A stretch of DNA of 64,000 bases from Octopus vulgaris. Lineage: Eukaryota. The notes under the pieces were generated by a model. It was not told the origin of the DNA. It was given only the letters and a program-made list of their open reading frames with translations, and did no database searches. Location of the stretch: positions 21,886,001 to 21,950,000 of the forward strand of contig OX597814.1 of the NCBI GenBank assembly GCA_951406725.2, given 5' to 3'. This document shows positions 62,116-64,000 of this stretch, in pieces. The translations under genes and the position numbers were made by a program. Every line of letters begins with the position of its first letter. The stretch's first letter is position 1.

Positions 62116-64000
62116 TGTATTTGAGTTGGCAATTTATATCAATAGGTCTCTTTAATAATATTTCGTATTGGTGTGAAGCGAATGTTTATTTGTCTTGTCA
62201 TTAGTCTGTCCTTTGTTTTGATCAATTTGTATATCATATTTGTCTATTTTGTCAACAGTCTGACATATAGGACATCCTCTTTTCTTTTTAAAATTGAATT
62301 TATTGACTTTACAAATATTCCTAAATCTCTTTTAAACATGCAAGCACAGGCATGTCTGTGTGGTAAGAAATTTGCTTCCCAACCACATGGTTCTGGATTC
62401 AGTCCCACTGCATAGCACTTTGGCAAATATCTTGTACTATAACCAGAGGCCAACCAAAGCCTTGTGAGTGGATTTGGTAGATGGAAACTGAAAAAGCCCC
62501 CATATATATATATATTAAATTCAGACACAGTAGGGTATTTAAATACCACTTGTTATAAAAGGAGCCATCGCTCCTAAACCACCAATAATTCACTATTAAA
62601 ATTCACACGGGCAATGCAACGAACATATCAGAAAGAGGCTTACCTTCCTTGGAATACAGAAATAAGGTGTAAACTTACTATATATTATCATTATTATTAT
62701 TAATAACGGTAATAATACTTCTTTGATTTATATATATATAAAATAAAATACAAAATGGGACAAGAACGCAAAACATCTGGACAACTAGGTGATACAAAAA
62801 GGGACTACAAAACATCCAGATAAACAATACAAAAAAATCATGGATGGGTCATTCAAAGCCTTTTAGTTGCCATATTTCATTTATTAAAGAATTAGATGAA
62901 ATCTGAAAACTATTGAGACATCATAGTGGTGAGATACAAAGATATATGTTATAATACATTTAGCTCATATCAGCATGGAAAAAGTTTATAATGATGAATT
63001 GCTGAAAATTTACAGGCTGGCATAAGAACGGGCATCCAGCTGCAGAAACCATGTCAAAGCAGACATTGGAGCTTGGAACAGTTCTCTAGTTTACATGCTC
63101 CTTTGAAATGTCCAACCCAACATGGAAAACGGGTATTAAACAATGATGATAAGGAGGAGGAGGATTTTTAAGTATCATGATAAATTATATTCTCCTTCAA
63201 CTTTCAAATCACTCTTTACTGACAATGGGTAGGAATTCTGCTGCTGAGAATATATGTTACAAGAAAACATTGAGTTAACCTTATATATATACAACATTCA
63301 TATCTACAATTAAAAGACAAACCATACCATGGACATTAACATATAACTAGAGACACAAGTATTGATGTCTGCAATGCCCAGAGAGCCTTATGTTGTAAGA
63401 TAGCAAATGACTGACCTCCCGACCTTATACTTAAGAGAGAATTTTACAGAAGTTGATTCAGTGACAGTAATGACATCAGTTCTTGCTATTTTTACATGTT
63501 TGTATTGCATAACTGCTTTCTTTTGCAACTTTGGATTTGTGTATTATTAGAGTATTTTGCAATGGTAGATATAATGTTCCTTGACTAAGAAGACTTCACA
63601 ATGCTTCAAGCAAGAATTCATCTTAAAATCCTGTGTTCAGTTCTCTTGCATTGTAGCCTCTTATTTATTATAGTCCTTATGGAGAGGTGAGGCTGGTTTG
63701 CATATGGGTGACTGCTGGTCTTCCACAAATCAACCTTGCCCGGTCTTGTGCCTCAGAAGGATCTTCACCCCTTTTGCTCTGTAGCTAGACGGATACATGT
63801 GTTCTACATTTTGAGAAGTTATGAACTGTTTCATGAGTCTTCGTCACACTGGTGTCCTTATTTTGACACCACTCTGACTAATTTTTCTTCTTTTCTTTAT
63901 GCCTTTAACCCTCCAACACGGAGTATAGGCCACTTATAGTTGAATTCCATGTCGCATAATTTTTGGCTTCTGTACTAATACTCTGCCATGAATGTCCCCC

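Noticed and set aside
61587-64000. Next KCC exon (expected ..DISAYTYERTL..)
   Set aside because: Not found; it presumably lies beyond the window.

Overview
This is AT-rich, microsatellite- and SINE-dense eukaryotic DNA; the repeat landscape looks like octopus/coleoid cephalopod (inference). The window lies inside one + strand gene, a K+-Cl- cotransporter (KCC, SLC12A4-7 family). Fifteen internal exons (1464-61586, 1580 nt, about 527 aa, from the pre-TM6 loop into the C-terminal domain) splice in one open frame; both gene ends are outside the window. Three introns are minor-spliceosome (U12) type. One 90-nt exon is flanked by two of them, and one appears to have non-canonical AT-AT ends. The introns hold decayed LINEs (CR1/L2-like, RTE, R4-like, Penelope-like), a hAT and a mariner with intact ends, Helitrons, MITEs and several SINE families. 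The most unusual repeat is a tRNA-headed short element carrying a minimal hammerhead ribozyme motif, which inserts as head-to-head inverted duplications between target-site duplications. Nearly all entries in the ORF track are spurious.
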